From positions 20,336,001 through 20,400,000 of the forward strand of contig OZ024749.1 of NCBI GenBank assembly GCA_964016885.1: a DNA stretch of 64,000 nucleotides. The letters run 5' to 3'. Made by a program: the position numbers and the translations under genes. Each line of letters starts with the position of its first letter. Position 1 is the stretch's first letter. Source of the stretch: Eledone cirrhosa. Taxonomy: Eukaryota. Below the pieces are notes generated by a model that was not told the origin of the DNA, searched no databases, and saw only the letters and a list, made by a program, of their open reading frames with translations. This document shows positions 1-15,000 of this stretch, in pieces.

Positions 1-3000
1 AGAGGTGTGTTTTAACTGTTCAGTTAAGGTGACAGAATGCTGAGGACCAGAGGTGTGTTTTAACTGTTCAGTTAAGGTGACAGAATGCTGAGGACCAGAG
101 GTGTGTTTTAACTCCTCAGTAAAGGTGACAGACTGCTGAGGACCAGAGGTGTGTTTTAACTGTTCAGTTAAGGTGACAGAATGCTGAGGACCAGAGGTGT
201 GTTTTAACTCCTCAGTGAAGGTGACAGAATGCTGAGGACCAGAGGTGTGTTTTAACTCCTCAGTAAAGGTGACAGACTGCTGAGGACCAGAGGTGTGTTT
301 TAACTGTTCAGTTAAGGTGACAGAATGCTGAGGACCAGAGGTGTGTTTTAACTCCTCAGTGAAGGTGACAGAATGCTGAGGACCAGAGGTGTGTTTTAAC
401 TGCTCAGTTAAGGTGACAGACTACTGAGGACCAGAGGTGTGTTTTAACTCCTCAGTAAATGTGACAGACTACTGAGGAACAGGGGTGTGTTTTAACTGTT
501 CAGTTAAGGTGACAGATTGCTGAGGACCAGAGGTGTGTTTTAACTCCTCAGTTAAGGTGACAGACTGCTGAGGACCAGAGGTGTGTTTTAACTCCTCAGT
601 TAAGGTGACAGATTGCTGAGGAACAGAGGTGTGTTTTAACTCCTCAGTTAAGGTGACAGACTGCTGAGGAACAGGGGTGTGTTTTAACTGTTCAGTTAAG
701 GTGACAGATTGTTGAGGACCAGAGGTGTGTTTTAACTCCTCAGTGAAGGTGTCAGACTACTGAGGACCAGAGGTGTGTTTTAACTGTTCAGTTAAGGTGA
801 CAGAATGCTGAGGACCAGAGGTGTGTTTTAACTGTTCAGTTAAGGTGTCAGACTACTGAGGACCAGAGGTGTATTTTAACTGTTCAGTTAAGGTGTCAGA
901 CTACTGAGGACCAGAGGTGTGTTTTAACTGCTCAGTTAAGGTGACAGATTGCTGAGGACCAGAGGTGTGTTTTAACTCCTCAGTTAAGGTGTCAGACTAC
1001 TGAGGAAAAGGGGTGTGTTTTAACTGTTCAGTTAAGGTGACAGATTGCTGAGGACCAGAGGTGTGTTTTAACTGCTCAGTTAAGGTGTCAGACTACTGAG
1101 GACCAGAGATGTGTTTTAACTGCTCAGTAAAGGTGACAGACTGCTGAGGACCAGAGAAGTGTTTTAACTGCTCAGTAAAGGTGACAGACTGCTGAGGACC
1201 AGAGATGTGTTTTAACTGCTCAGTAAAGGTGACAGACTGCTGAGGACCAGAGGTGTGTTTTAACTCCTCAGTTAAGGTGACAGACTACTGAGGACCAGAG
1301 GTGTGTTTTAACTGCTCAGTAAAGGTGACAGACTGCTGAGGACCAGAGATGTGTTTTAACTGCTCAGTAAAGGTGACAGACTGCTGAGGACCAGAGATGT
1401 GTTTTAACTGCTCAGTAAAGGTGACAGACTGCTGAGGACCAGAGGTGTGTTTTAACTCCTCAGTAAAGGTGACAGACTGCTGAGGACCAGAGATGTGTTT
1501 TAACTGCTCAGTAAAGGTGACAGACTGCTGAGGAACAGAGGTGTGTTTTAACGCCTCAGTTAAGGTGACAGATTGCTGAGGACCAGAGGTGTGTTTTAAC
1601 TCCTCAGTTAAGGTGACAGATTGCTGAGGACCAGAGGTGTGTTTTAACTGCTCAGTAAAGGTGACAGATTGCTGAGGACCAGAGGTGTGTTTTAACTCCT
1701 CAGTTAAGGTGACAGATTGCTGAGGACCAGAGGTGTGTTTTAACTGCTCAGTAAAGGTGACAGACTACTGAGGACCAGAGGTGTGTTTTAACTCCTCAGT
1801 TAAGGTGACAGACTACTGAGGACCAGAGGTGTGTTTTAACTCCTCAGTAAAGGTGACAGACTGCTGAGGACCAGAGGTTTGTTTTAACTCCTCAGTTAAG
1901 GTGACAGACTACTGAGGAACAGAGGTGTGTTTTAACTGCTCAGTTAAGGTCACAGACTACTGAGGAACAGAGGTGTGTTTTAACTGCTCAGTTAAGGTGA
2001 CAGACTACTGAGGAACAGAGGTGTGTTTTAACTGTTCAGTGAAGGTGACAGACTACTGAGGACCAGAGGTGTGTTTTAACTGTTCAGTTAAGGTGACAGA
2101 CTACTGAGGACCAGAGGTGTGTTTTAACTCCTCAGTGAAGGTGACAGACTACTGAGGACCAGAGGTGTGTTTTAACTGCTCAGTAAAGGTGACAGACTAC
2201 TGAGGACCAGAGCTTTGTTTTAACTCCTCAGTTAAGGTGACAGACTACTGAGGACCAGAGGTGTGTTTTAACTCCTCAGTAAAGATGACAGACTGCTGAG
2301 GACCAGAGGTGTGTTTTAACTCCTCAGTAAAGATGACAGACTGCTGAGGACCAGAGGTGTGTTTTAACTCCTCAGTAAAGGTGACAGACTGCTGAGGACC
2401 AGAGGTGTGTTTTAACTCCTCAGTTAAGGTGACAGACTACTGAGGACCAGAGGTGTGTTTTAACTCCTCAGTAAATGTGACAGACTGCTGAGGACCAGAG
2501 GTGTTTTTTAACTCCTCAGTAAAGGTGATAGACTGCTGAGGACCAGAGGTGTGTTTTAACGGCTCAGTAAAAGTGACAGACTGCTGAGGACCAGAGGTGT
2601 GTTTTAACTCCTCAGTAAAGGTGACAGACTGCTGAGGACCAGAGGTGTGTTTTAACTCCTCAGTTAAGGTGACAGACTACTGAGGACCAGAGGTGTGTTT
2701 TAACTCCTCAGTTAAGGTGACAGACTGCTGAGGACCAGAGGTGTGTTTTAACTGCTCATTGAAGGTGACAGACTACTGAGGACCAGAGGTGTGTTTTAAC
2801 TGCTCAGTTAAGGTGACAGACTACAGAGGAACAGAGGTGTGTTTTAACTGCTCAGTTAAGGTGACAGACTACTGAGGAACAGAGGTGTGTTTTAACTGCT
2901 CAGTTAAGGTGACAGACTACTGAGGAACAGAGGTGTGTTTTAACTCCTCAGTAAAGGTGACAGATTGCTGAGGACCAGAGGTGCGTTTTAACTGCTCAGT

Positions 3001-6000
3001 GAAGGTGACAGACTACTGAGGACCAGAGGTGTGTTTTAACTGCTCAGTTAAGGTGACAGACTACTGAGGAAAAGAGGTGTGTTTTAACTCCTCAGTTAAG
3101 GTGACAGACTACTGAGGACCAGAGGTGTGTTTTAACTCCTCAGTTAAGGTGTCAGACTACTGAGGACCAGAGGTGTGTTTTAACTGTTCAGTTAAGGTGA
3201 CAGACTGCTGAGGAACAGAGGTGTGTTTTAACTGTTCAGTTAAGGTGACAGATTGCTGAGGACCAGAGGTGTGTTTTAACTGTTCAGTTAAGGTGACACA
3301 TTGCTGAGGACCAGAGGTGTGTTTTAACTGTTCAGTTAAGGTGACAGATTGCTGAGGACCAGAGGTGTGTTTTAACTCCTCAGTAAAGGTGACAGACAAC
3401 TGAGGACCAGAGGTGTGTTTTAACTGTTCAGTTAAGGTGACAGAATACTGAGGACCAGAGGTGTGTTTTAACTCCTCAGTTAAGGTGACAGACTACTGAG
3501 GACCAGAGGTGTGTTTTAACTCCTCAGTTAAGGTGTCAGACTACCGAGGAACAGAGGTGTGTTTTAACTCCTCAGTAAAGGTGACAGACTACTGAGGACC
3601 AGAGGTGTGTTTTAACTCCTCAGTTAAGGTGACAGACTACTGAGGACCAGAGGTGTGTTTTAACTGCTCAGTTAAGGTGTCAGACTACCGAGGAACAGAG
3701 GTGTGTTTTAACTCCTCAGTTAAGGTGTCAGACTACTGAGGACCAGAGGTGTGTTTTAACTGCTCAGTAAAGGTGACAGACTACCGAGGAACAGAGGTGT
3801 GTTTTAACTGTTCAGTTAAGGTCACAGACTACTGAGGAACAGAGGTGTGTTTTAACTGCTCAGTTAAGGTGTCAGACTACCGAGGAACAGAGGTGTGTTT
3901 TAACTCCTCAGTAAAGGTGACAGACTACTGAGGACCAGAGGTGTGTTTTAACTGCTCAGTTAAGGTGACAGACTACTGAGGAACAGAGGTGTGTTTTAAC
4001 TGCTCAGTTAAGGTGTCAGACTACCGAGGACCAGAGGTGTGTTTTAACTCCTCAGTAAAGGTGACAGACTACTGAGGACCAGAGGTGTGTTTTAACTGCT
4101 CAGTTAAGGTGACAGACTGCTGAGGACCAGAGGTGTGTTTTAACTCCTCAGTAAAGGTGTCAGACTACCGAGGAACAGAGGTGTGTATTAACTCCTCAGT
4201 AAAGGTGACAGACTACTGAGGACCAGAGGTGTGTTTTAACTGCTCAGTTAAGGTGACAGACTGCTGAGGACCAGAGGTGTGTTTTAACTCCTCAGTAAAG
4301 GTGTCAGACTACTGAGGAACAGAGGTGTGTTTTAACTGTTCAGTTAAGGTGACAGACTGCTGAGGGCCAGAGGTGTGTTTTAACTGCTCAGTTAAGGTGA
4401 CAGACTACTGAGGAACAGAGGTGTGTTTTAACTGTTCAGTTAAGGTGACAAACTACTGAGGAACAGAGGTGTGTTTTAACTGCTCAGTTAAGGTGACAGA
4501 CTACTGAGGAACAGAGGTGTGTTTTAACTGCTCAGTTAAGGTCACAGACTACTGAGGAACAGAGGTGTGTTTTAACTGCTCAGTTAAGGTGACAGACTAC
4601 TGAGGAACAGAGGTGTGTTTTAACTGCTCAGTTAAGGTGACAGACTACTGAGGAACAGAGGTGTGTTTTAACTACTCAGTTAAGGTGACAGACTACTGAG
4701 GAACAGAGGTGTGTTTTAACTGTTCAGTGAAGGTGACAGACTACTGAGGACCAGAGGTGTGTTTTAACTGTTCAGTTAAGGTGACAGACTACTTGAGGAC
4801 CAGAGGTGTGTTTTAACTCCTCAGTGAAGGTGACAGACTACTGAGGACCAGAGGTGTGTTTTAACTGCTCAGTAAAGGTGACAGACTACTGAGGAACAGA
4901 GGTGTGTTTTAACTGCTCAGTTAAGGTGACAGACTACTGAGGACCAGAGATGTGTTTTAACTCCTCAGTAAAGGTGACAGACTGCTGAGGACCAGAGGTG
5001 TGTTTTAACTCCTCAGTAAAGGTGACAGACTACTGAGGACCAGAGGTGTGTTTTAACTCCTCAGTAAAGGTGACAGATGCTGAGGACCAGAGGTGTGTTT
5101 TAACTCCTCAGTTAAGGTGACAGACTACTGAGGACCAGAGGTGTGTTTTAACTCCTCAGTAAAGGTGACAGACTGCTGAGGACCAGAGGTGTTTTTTAAC
5201 TCCTCAGTAAAGGTGACAGACTGCTGAGGACCAGAGGTGTGTTTTAACGCCTCAGTAAAGGTGACAGACTGCTGAGGACCAGAGGTGTGTTTTAACTCCT
5301 CAGTAAAGGTGACAGACTGCTGAGGACCAGAGGTGTGTTTTAACTCCTCAGTTAAGGTGACAGTCTACTGAGGACCAGAGGTGTGTTTTAACTCCTCAGT
5401 TAAGGTGACAGACTGCTGAGGACCAGAGGTCTGTTTTAACTCCTCAGTAAAGGTGACAGACTACTGAGGACCAGAGGTGTGTTTTAACTCCTCAGTAAAG
5501 GTGACAGACTACTGAGAACCAGAGGTGTGTTTTAACTCCTCAGTAAAGGTGACAGATTGCTGAGGACCAGAGGTGTGTTTTAACTGCTCATTGAAGGTGA
5601 CAGACTACTGAGGACCAGAGGTGTGTTTTAACTGCTCAGTTAAGGTGACAGACTACTGAGGAACAGAGGTGTGTTTTAACTGCTCAGTTAAGGTGACAGA
5701 CTACTGAGGAACAGAGGTGTGTTTTAACTGCTCAGTTAAGGTGACAGACTACTGAGGAACAGAGGTGTGTTTTAACTCCTCAGTAAAGGTGACAGATTGC
5801 TGAGGACCAGAGGTGTGTTTTAACTGCTCAGTGAAGGTGACAGACTACTGAGGACCAGAGGTGTGTTTTAACTGCTCAGTTAAGGTGACAGACTACTGAG
5901 GAACAGAGGTGTGTTTTAACTGCTCAGTTAAGGTGACAGACTACTGAGGACCAGAGGTGTGTTTTAACTCCTCAGTTAAGGTGTCAGACTACTGAGGACC

Positions 6001-9000
6001 AGAGGTGTGTTTTAACTGTTCAGTTAAGGTGACAGACTGCTGAGGAACAGAGGTGTGTTTTAACTGTTCAGTTAAGGTGACAGATTGCTGAGGACCAGAG
6101 GTGTGTTTTAACTGTTCAGTTAAGGTGACAGATTGCTGAGGACCAGAGGTGTGTTTTAACTGTTCAGTTAAGGTGACAGACTGCTGAGGAACAGAGGTGT
6201 GTTTTAACTGCTCAGTAAAGGTGACAGACTACTGAGGAACAGAGGTGTGCTTTAACTCCTCAGTAAAGGTGACAGACTACTGAGGACCAGAGGTGTGTTT
6301 TAACTGTTCAGTTAAGGTGACAGAATACTGAGGACCAGAGGTGTGTTTTAACTCCACAGTTAAGGTGACAGACTACTGAGGACCAGAGGTGTGTTTTAAC
6401 TCCTCAGTTAAGGTGTCAGACTACCGAGGAACAGAGGTGTGTTTTAACTCGTCAGTAAAGGTGACAGACTACTGAGGACCAGAGGTGTGTTTTAACTCCT
6501 CAGTTAAGGTGACAGACTACTGAGGACCAGAGGTGTGTTTTAACTGCTCAGTTAAGGTGTCAGACTACCGAGGAACAGAGGTGTGTTTTAACTCCTCAGT
6601 TAAGGTGTCAGACTACTGAGGACCAGAGGTGTGTTTTAACGGCTCAGTAAAGGTGACAGACTACCGAGGAACAGAGGTGTGTTTTAACTGTTCAGTTAAG
6701 GTGACAGACTACTGAGGAACAGAGGTGTGTTTTAACTGCTCAGTTAAGGTGTCAGACTACCGAGGAACAGAGGTGTGTTTTAACTCCTCAGTAAAGGTGA
6801 CAGACTACTGAGGACCAGAGGTGTGTTTTAACTGCTCAGTTAAGGTGACAGACTACTGAGGAACAGAGGTGTGTTTTAACTTCTCAGTTAAGGTGTCAGA
6901 CTACCGAGGACCAGAGGTGTGTTTTAACTCCTCAGTAAAGGTGACAGACTGCTGAGGACCAGAGGTGTGTTTTAACTCCTCAGTAAAGGTGTCAGACTAC
7001 CGAAGAACAGAGGTGTGTTTTAACTCCTCAGTAAAGGTGACAGACTACTGAGGACCACAGGTGTGTTTTAACTGCTCAGTTAAGGTGACAGACTGCTGAG
7101 GACAAGAGGTGTGTTTTAACTCCTCAGTAAAGGTATCAGACTACTGAGGAACAGAGGTGTGTTTTAACTGTTCAGTTAAGGTGACAGACTGCTGAGGACC
7201 AGAGGTGTGTTTTAACTGCTCAGTTAAGGTGACAGACTACCGAGGAACAGAGGTGTGTTTTAACTGTTCAGTTAAGGTGACAGACTGCTGAGGACCAGAG
7301 GTGTGTTTTAACTGCTCATTTAAGGTGACAGATTGCTGAGGACCAGAGGTGTGTTTTAACTCCTCAGTAAAGGTGACAGACTGCTGAGGACCAGAGGTGT
7401 GTTTTAACTGCTCAGTTAAGGTGACAGACTGCTGAGGACCAGAGGTGTGTTTTAACTGTTCAATGAAGGTGACAGACTGCTGAGGACCAGAGGTGTGTTT
7501 TAACTGCTCAGTTAAGGTGACAGACTGCTGAGGACCAGAGGTGTGTTTTAACTCCTCAGTAAAGGTGACAGATTGCTGAGGACCAGAGGTGTGTTTTAAC
7601 TCCTCAGTAAAGGTGACAGACTGCTGAGGACCAGAGGTGTGTTTTAACTGCTCAGTAAAGGTGACAGATTGCTGAGGACCAGAGGTGTGTTTTAACTCCT
7701 CAGTTAAGGTGACAGACTGCTGAGGACCAGAGGTGTGTTTTAACTCCTCAGTAAAGGTGACAGATTGCTGAGGACGAGAGGTGTGTTTTAACACCTCAGT
7801 AAAGGTGACAGACTGTTGAGGACCAGAGGTGTGTTTTAACTGTTCAGTGAAGGTGACAGACTGCTGAGGAACAGAGGTGTGTTTTAACTGTTCAGTAAAG
7901 GTGACAGACTACTGAGGACCAGAGGTGTGTTTTAACTGCTCAGTGAAGGTGTCAGACTACTGAGGACCAGAGGTGTGTTTTAACTGCTCAGTTAAGGTGA
8001 CAGACTGCTGAGGAACAGAGGTGTGTTTTAACTCCTCAGTTAAGGTGACAGACTACTGAGGAACAGAGGTGTTTTTTAACTCCTCAGTTAAGGTGACAGA
8101 CTACTGAGGAACAGAGGTGTGTTTTAACTGCTCAGTTAAGGTGACAGACTGCTGAGGACCAGAGGTGTGTTTTAACTCCTCAGTTAAGGTGACAGACTAC
8201 TGAGGAACAGAGGTGTGTTTTAACTGCTCAGTTAAGGTGACAGACTGCTGAGGAACAGAGGTGTGTTTTAACTCCTCAGTTAAGGTGACAGACTACTGAG
8301 GAACAGAGGTGTGTTTTAACTCCTCAGTTAAGGTGACAGACTACTGAGGAACAGAGGTGTGTTTTAACTGCTCAGTTAAGGTGACAGACTGCTGAGGACC
8401 AGAGGTGTGTTTTAACTCCTCAGTTAAGGTGTCAGACTACCGAGGAACAGAGGTGTGTTTTAACTCCTCAGTTAAGGTGTCAGACTACTGAGGACCAGAG
8501 GTGTGTTTTAACGGCTCAGTAAAGGTGACAGACTACCGAGGAACAGAGGTGTGTTTTAACTGTTCAGTTAAGGTGACAGACTACTGAGGAACAGAGGTGT
8601 GTTTTAACTGCTCAGTTAAGGTGTCAGACTACCGAGGAACAGAGGTGTGTTTTAACTCCTCAGTAAAGGTGACAGACTACTGAGGACCAGAGGTGTGTTT
8701 TAACTGCTCAGTTAAGGTGACAGACTACTGAGGAACAGAGGTGTGTTTTAACTTCTCAGTTAAGGTGTCAGACTACCGAGGACCAGAGGTGTGTTTTAAC
8801 TCCTCAGTAAAGGTGACAGACTGCTGAGGACCAGAGGTGTGTTTTAACTCCTCAGTAAAGGTGTCAGACTACCGAAGAACAGAGGTGTGTTTTAACTCCT
8901 CAGTAAAGGTGACAGACTACTGAGGACCACAGGTGTGTTTTAACTGCTCAGTTAAGGTGACAGACTGCTGAGGACCAGAGGTGTGTTTTAACTCCTCAGT

Positions 9001-12000
9001 AAAGGTATCAGACTACTGAGGAACAGAGGTGTGTTTTAACTGTTCAGTTAAGGTGACAGACTGCTGAGGACCAGAGGTGTGTTTTAACTGCTCAGTTAAG
9101 GTGACAGACTACCGAGGAACAGAGGTGTGTTTTAACTGTTCAGTTAAGGTGACAGACTGCTGAGGACCAGAGGTGTGTTTTAACTGCTCATTTAAGGTGA
9201 CAGATTGCTGAGGACCAGAGGTGTGTTTTAACTCCTCAGTAAAGGTGACAGACTGCTGAGGACCAGAGGTGTGTTTTAACTGCTCAGTTAAGGTGACAGA
9301 CTGCTGAGGACCAGAGGTGTGTTTTAACTGTTCAATGAAGGTGACAGACTGCTGAGGACCAGAGGTGTGTTTTAACTGCTCAGTTAAGGTGACAGACTGC
9401 TGAGGACCAGAGGTGTGTTTTAACTCCTCAGTAAAGGTGACAGATTGCTGAGGACCAGAGGTGTGTTTTAACTCCTCAGTAAAGGTGACAGACTGCTGAG
9501 GACCAGAGGTGTGTTTTAACTGCTCAGTAAAGGTGACAGATTGCTGAGGACCAGAGGTGTGTTTTAACTCCTCAGTTAAGGTGACAGACTGCTGAGGACC
9601 AGAGGTGTGTTTTAACTCCTCAGTAAAGGTGACAGATTGCTGAGGACGAGAGGTGTGTTTTAACACCTCAGTAAAGGTGACAGACTGTTGAGGACCAGAG
9701 GTGTGTTTTAACTGTTCAGTGAAGGTGACAGACTGCTGAGGAACAGAGGTGTGTTTTAACTGTTCAGTAAAGGTGACAGACTACTGAGGACCAGAGGTGT
9801 GTTTTAACTGCTCAGTGAAGGTGTCAGACTACTGAGGACCAGAGGTGTGTTTTAACTGCTCAGTTAAGGTGACAGACTGCTGAGGAACAGAGGTGTGTTT
9901 TAACTCCTCAGTTAAGGTGACAGACTACTGAGGAACAGAGGTGTTTTTTAACTCCTCAGTTAAGGTGACAGACTACTGAGGAACAGAGGTGTGTTTTAAC
10001 TGCTCAGTTAAGGTGACAGACTGCTGAGGACCAGAGGTGTGTTTTAACTCCTCAGTTAAGGTGACAGACTACTGAGGAACAGAGGTGTGTTTTAACTGCT
10101 CAGTTAAGGTGACAGACTGCTGAGGAACAGAGGTGTGTTTTAACTCCTCAGTTAAGGTGACAGACTACTGAGGAACAGAGGTGTGTTTTAACTCCTCAGT
10201 TAAGGTGACAGACTACTGAGGAACAGAGGTGTGTTTTAACTGCTCAGTTAAGGTGACAGACTACTGAGGACCAGAGGTGTCTTTTAACTCCTCAGTTAAG
10301 GTGACAGACTACTGAGGAACAGAGGTGTGTTTTAACTGCTCAGTTAAGGTGACAGACTGCTGAGGAACAGAGGTGTGTTTTAACTCCTCAGTTAAGGTGA
10401 CAGACTACTGAGGAACAGAGGTGTGTTTTAACTGCTCAGTTAAGGTGACAGAATGCTGAGGACCAGAGGTGTGTTTTAACTCCTCAGTAAAGGTGACAGA
10501 CTACTGAGCACCAGAGGTGTGTTTTAATTCCTCAGTTAAGGTGACAGACTGCTGAGGACCAGAGGTGTGTTTTAACTGCTCAGTTAAGGTGACAGACTGC
10601 TGAGGACCAGAGGTGTGTTTTAACTGCTCAGTTAAGGTGACAGACTGCTGAGGAACAGAGGTGTGTTTTAACTCCTCAGTTAAGGTGACAGACTGCTGAG
10701 GACCAGAGGTGTGTTTTAACTGCTCAGTTAAGGTGACAGACTGCTGAGGAACAGAGGTGTGTTTTAACTCCTCAGTTAAGGTGACAGATTGCTGAGGACC
10801 AGAGGTGTGTTTTAACTCCTCAGTAAAGGTGACAGACTACTGAGGACCAGAGGTGTGTTTTAACTCCTCAGTTAAGGTGACAGATTGCTGAGGAACAGAG
10901 GTGTGTTTTAACTGTTCAGTTAAGGTGACAGATTGCTGAGGACCAGAGGTGTGTTTTAACTGTTCAGTTAAGGTGACAGATTGCTGAGGACCAGAGGTGT
11001 GTTTTAACTGTTCAGTTAAGGTGACAGATTGCTGAGGACCAGAGGTGTGTTTTAACTGTTCAGTTAAGGTGACAGACTGCTGAGGAACAGAGGTGTGTTT
11101 TAACTGCTCAGTAAAGGTGACAGACTACTGAGGAACAGAGGTGTGCTTTAACTCCTCAGTAAAGGTGACAGACTACTGAGGACCAGAGGTGTGTTTTAAC
11201 TGTTCAGTTAAGGTGACAGAATACTGAGGACCAGAGGTGTGTTTTAACTCCACAGTTAAGGTGACAGACTACTGAGGACCAGAGGTGTGTTTTAACTCCT
11301 CAGTTAAGGTGTCAGACTACCGAGGAACAGAGGTGTGTTTTAATTCGTCAGTAAAGGTGACAGACTACTGAGGACCAGAGGTGTGTTTTAACTCCTCAGT
11401 TAAGGTGACAGACTACTGAGGACCAGAGGTGTGTTTTAACTGCTCAGTTAAGGTGTCAGACTACCGAGGAACAGAGGTGTGTTTTAACTCCTCAGTTAAG
11501 GTGTCAGACTACTGAGGACCAGAGGTGTGTTTTAACGGCTCAGTAAAGGTGACAGACTACTGAGGAACAGAGGTGTGTTTTAACTGCTCAGTTAAGCTGA
11601 CAGACTGCTGAGGACCAGAGGTGTGTTTTAACTCCTCAGTAAAGGTGACAGACTACTGAGCACCAGAGGTGTGTTTTAACTCCTCAGTTAAGGTGACAGA
11701 CTGCTGAGGACCAGAGGTGTGTTTTAACTGCTCAGTTAAGGTGACAGACTGCTGAGGACCAGAGGTGTGTTTTAACTGCTCAGTTAAGGTGACAGACTGC
11801 TGAGGAACAGAGGTGTGTTTTAACTCCTCAGTTAAGGTGACAGACTGCTGAGGACCAGAGGTGTGTTTTAACTGCTCAGTTAAGGTGACAGACTGCTGAG
11901 GAACAGAGGTGTGTTTTAACTCCTCAGTTAAGGTGACAGATTGCTGAGGACCAGAGGTGTGTTTTAACTCCTCAGTAAAGGTGACAGACTACTGAGGACC

Positions 12001-15000
12001 AGAGGTGTGTTTTAACTCCTCAGTTAAGGTGACAGATTGCTGAGGACCAGAGGTGTGTTTTAACTGCTCAGTTAAGGTGACAGACTGCTGAGGACCAGAG
12101 GTGTGTTTTAACTGCTCAGTTAAGGTGACAGACTACTGAGGACCAGAGGTGTGTTTTAACTGTTCAGTTAAGGTGACAGACTACTGAGGACCAGAGGTGT
12201 GTTTTAACTGCTCAGTTAAGGTGACAGACTGCTGAGGACCAGAGGTGTGTTTTAACTGCTCAGTTAAGGTGACAGACTACTGAGGACCAGAGGTGTGTTT
12301 TAACTGTTCAGATAAGGTGACAGACTGCTGAGGAACAGAGGTGTGTTTTAACTGTTCAGTTAAGGTGACAGATTGCTGAGGACCAGAGGTGTGTTTTAAC
12401 TGTTCAGTTAAGGTGACAGATTGCTGAGAACCAGAGGTGTGTTTTAACTGTTCAGTTAAGGTGACAGATTGCTGAGGACCAGAGGTGTGTTTTAACTGTT
12501 CAGTTAAGGTGACAGACTGCTGAGGAACAGAGGTGTGTTTTAACTGCTCAGTAAAGGTGACAGACTACTGAGGAACAGAGGTGTGCTTTAACTCCTCAGT
12601 AAAGGTGACAGACTACTGAGGACCAGAGGTGTGTTTTAACTGTTCAGTTAAGGTGACAGAATACTGAGGACCAGAGGTGTGTTTTAACTCCTCAGTTAAG
12701 GTGACAGACTACTGAGGACCAGAGGTGTGTTTTAACTGCTCAGTTAAGGTGTCAGACTACCGAGGAACAGAGGTGTGTTTTAACTCCTCAGTTAAGGTGT
12801 CAGACTACTGAGGACCAGAGGTGTGTTTTAACGGCTCAGTAAAGGTGACAGACTACCGAGGAACAGAGGTGTGTTTTAACTGTTCAGTTAAGGTGACAGA
12901 CTACTGAGGAACAGAGGTGTGTTTTAACTGCTCAGTTAAGGTGTCAGACTACCGAGGAACAGAGGTGTGTTTTAACTCCTCAGTAAAGGTGACAGACTAC
13001 TGAGGACCAGAGGTGTGTTTTAACTGCTCAGTTAAGGTGACAGACTACTGAGGAACAGAGGTGTGTTTTAACTTCTCAGTTAAGGTGTCAGACTACCGAG
13101 GACCAGAGGTGTGTTTTAACTCCTCAGTAAAGGTGACAGACTACTGAGGACCAGAGGTGTGTTTTAACTGCTCAGTTAAGGTGACAGACTGCTGAGGACC
13201 AGTGGTGTGTTTTAACTCCTCAGTAAAGGTGTCAGACTACCGAAGAACAGAGGTGTGTTTTAACTCCTCAGTAAAGGTGACAGACTACTGAGGACCAGAG
13301 GTGTGTTTTAACTGCTCAGTTAAGGTGACAGACTGCTGAGGACCAGAGGTGTGTTTTAACTCCTCAGTAAAGGTGTCAGACTACTGAGGAACAGAGGTGT
13401 GTTTTAACTGTTCAGTTAAGGTGACAGACTGCTGAGGACCAGAGGTGTGTTTTAACTGCTCAGTTAAGGTGACAGACTACCGAGGAACAGAGGTGTGTTT
13501 TAACTGTTCAGTTAAGGTGACAGACTGCTGAGGACCAGAGGTGTGTTTTAACTGCTCATTTAAGGTGACAGATTGCTGAGGACCAGAGGTGTGTTTTAAC
13601 TCCTCAGTAAAGGTGACAGACTGCTGAGGACCAGAGGTGTGTTTTAACTGTTCAATGAAGGTGACAGACTGCTGAGGACCAGAGGTGTGTTTTAACTCCT
13701 CAGTAAAGGTGACAGATTGCTGAGGACCAGAGGTGTGTTTTAACTCCTCAGTAAAGGTGACAGACTGCTGAGGACCAGAGGTGTGTTTTAACTGCTCAGT
13801 AAAGGTGACAGATTGCTGAGGACCAGAGGTGTGTTTTAACTCCTCAGTTAAGGTGACAGACTGCTGAGGACCAGAGGTGTGTTTTAACTCCTCAGTAAAG
13901 GTGACAGATTGCTGAGGACGAGAGGTGTGTTTTAACTCCTCAGTAAAGGTGACAGACTGTTGAGAACCAGAGGTGTGTTTTAACTGCTCAGTAAAGGTGA
14001 CAGATTGCTGAGGACCAGAGGTGTGTTTTAACTCCTCAGTTAAGGTGACAGACTGCTGAGGACCAGAGGTGTGTTTTAACTCCTCAGTAAATGTGACAGA
14101 TTGCTGAGGACGAGAGGTGTGTTTTAACTCCTCAGTAAAGGTGACAGACTGTTGAGGACCAGAGGTGTGTTTTAACTGTTCAGTGAAGGTGACAGACTGC
14201 TGAGGAACAGAGGTGTGTTTTAACTGTTCAGTAAAGGTGACAGACTACTGAGGACCAGAGGTGTGTTTTAACTGCTCAGTGAAGGTGTCAGACTACTGAG
14301 GACCAGAGGTGTGTTTTAACTGCTCATTTAAGGTGACAGATTGCTGAGGACCAGAGGTGTGTTTTAACTCCTCAGTAAAGGTGACAGACTGCTGAGGACC
14401 AGAGGTGTGTTTTAACTGTTCAATGAAGGTGACAGACTGCTGAGGACCAGAGGTGTGTTTTAACTCCTCAGTAAAGGTGACAGATTGCTGAGGACCAGAG
14501 GTGTGTTTTAACTCCTCAGTAAAGGTGACAGACTGCTGAGGACCAGAGGTGTGTTTTAACTGCTCAGTAAAGGTGACAGATTGCTGAGGACCAGAGGTGT
14601 GTTTTAACTCCTCAGTTAAGGTGACAGACTGCTGAGGACCAGAGGTGTGTTTTAACTCCTCAGTAAAGGTGACAGATTGCTGAGGACGAGAGGTGTGTTT
14701 TAACTCCTCAGTAAAGGTGACAGACTGTTGAGAACCAGAGGTGTGTTTTAACTGCTCAGTAAAGGTGACAGATTGCTGAGGACCAGAGGTGTGTTTTAAC
14801 TCCTCAGTTAAGGTGACAGACTGCTGAGGACCAGAGGTGTGTTTTAACTCCTCAGTAAATGTGACAGATTGCTGAGGACGAGAGGTGTGTTTTAACTCCT
14901 CAGTAAAGGTGACAGACTGTTGAGGACCAGAGGTGTGTTTTAACTGTTCAGTGAAGGTGACAGACTGCTGAGGAACAGAGGTGTGTTTTAACTGTTCAGT

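Noticed and set aside
3157-9666. Satellite ORFs encoding (SVTLTEQLKHTSGPQQ)n as a repetitive protein
   Set aside because: A 48-bp unit keeps frame trivially; a large share of monomers have TAG in place of CAG, the other five frames are mostly closed, and there is no ATG start or unique flanking coding sequence.
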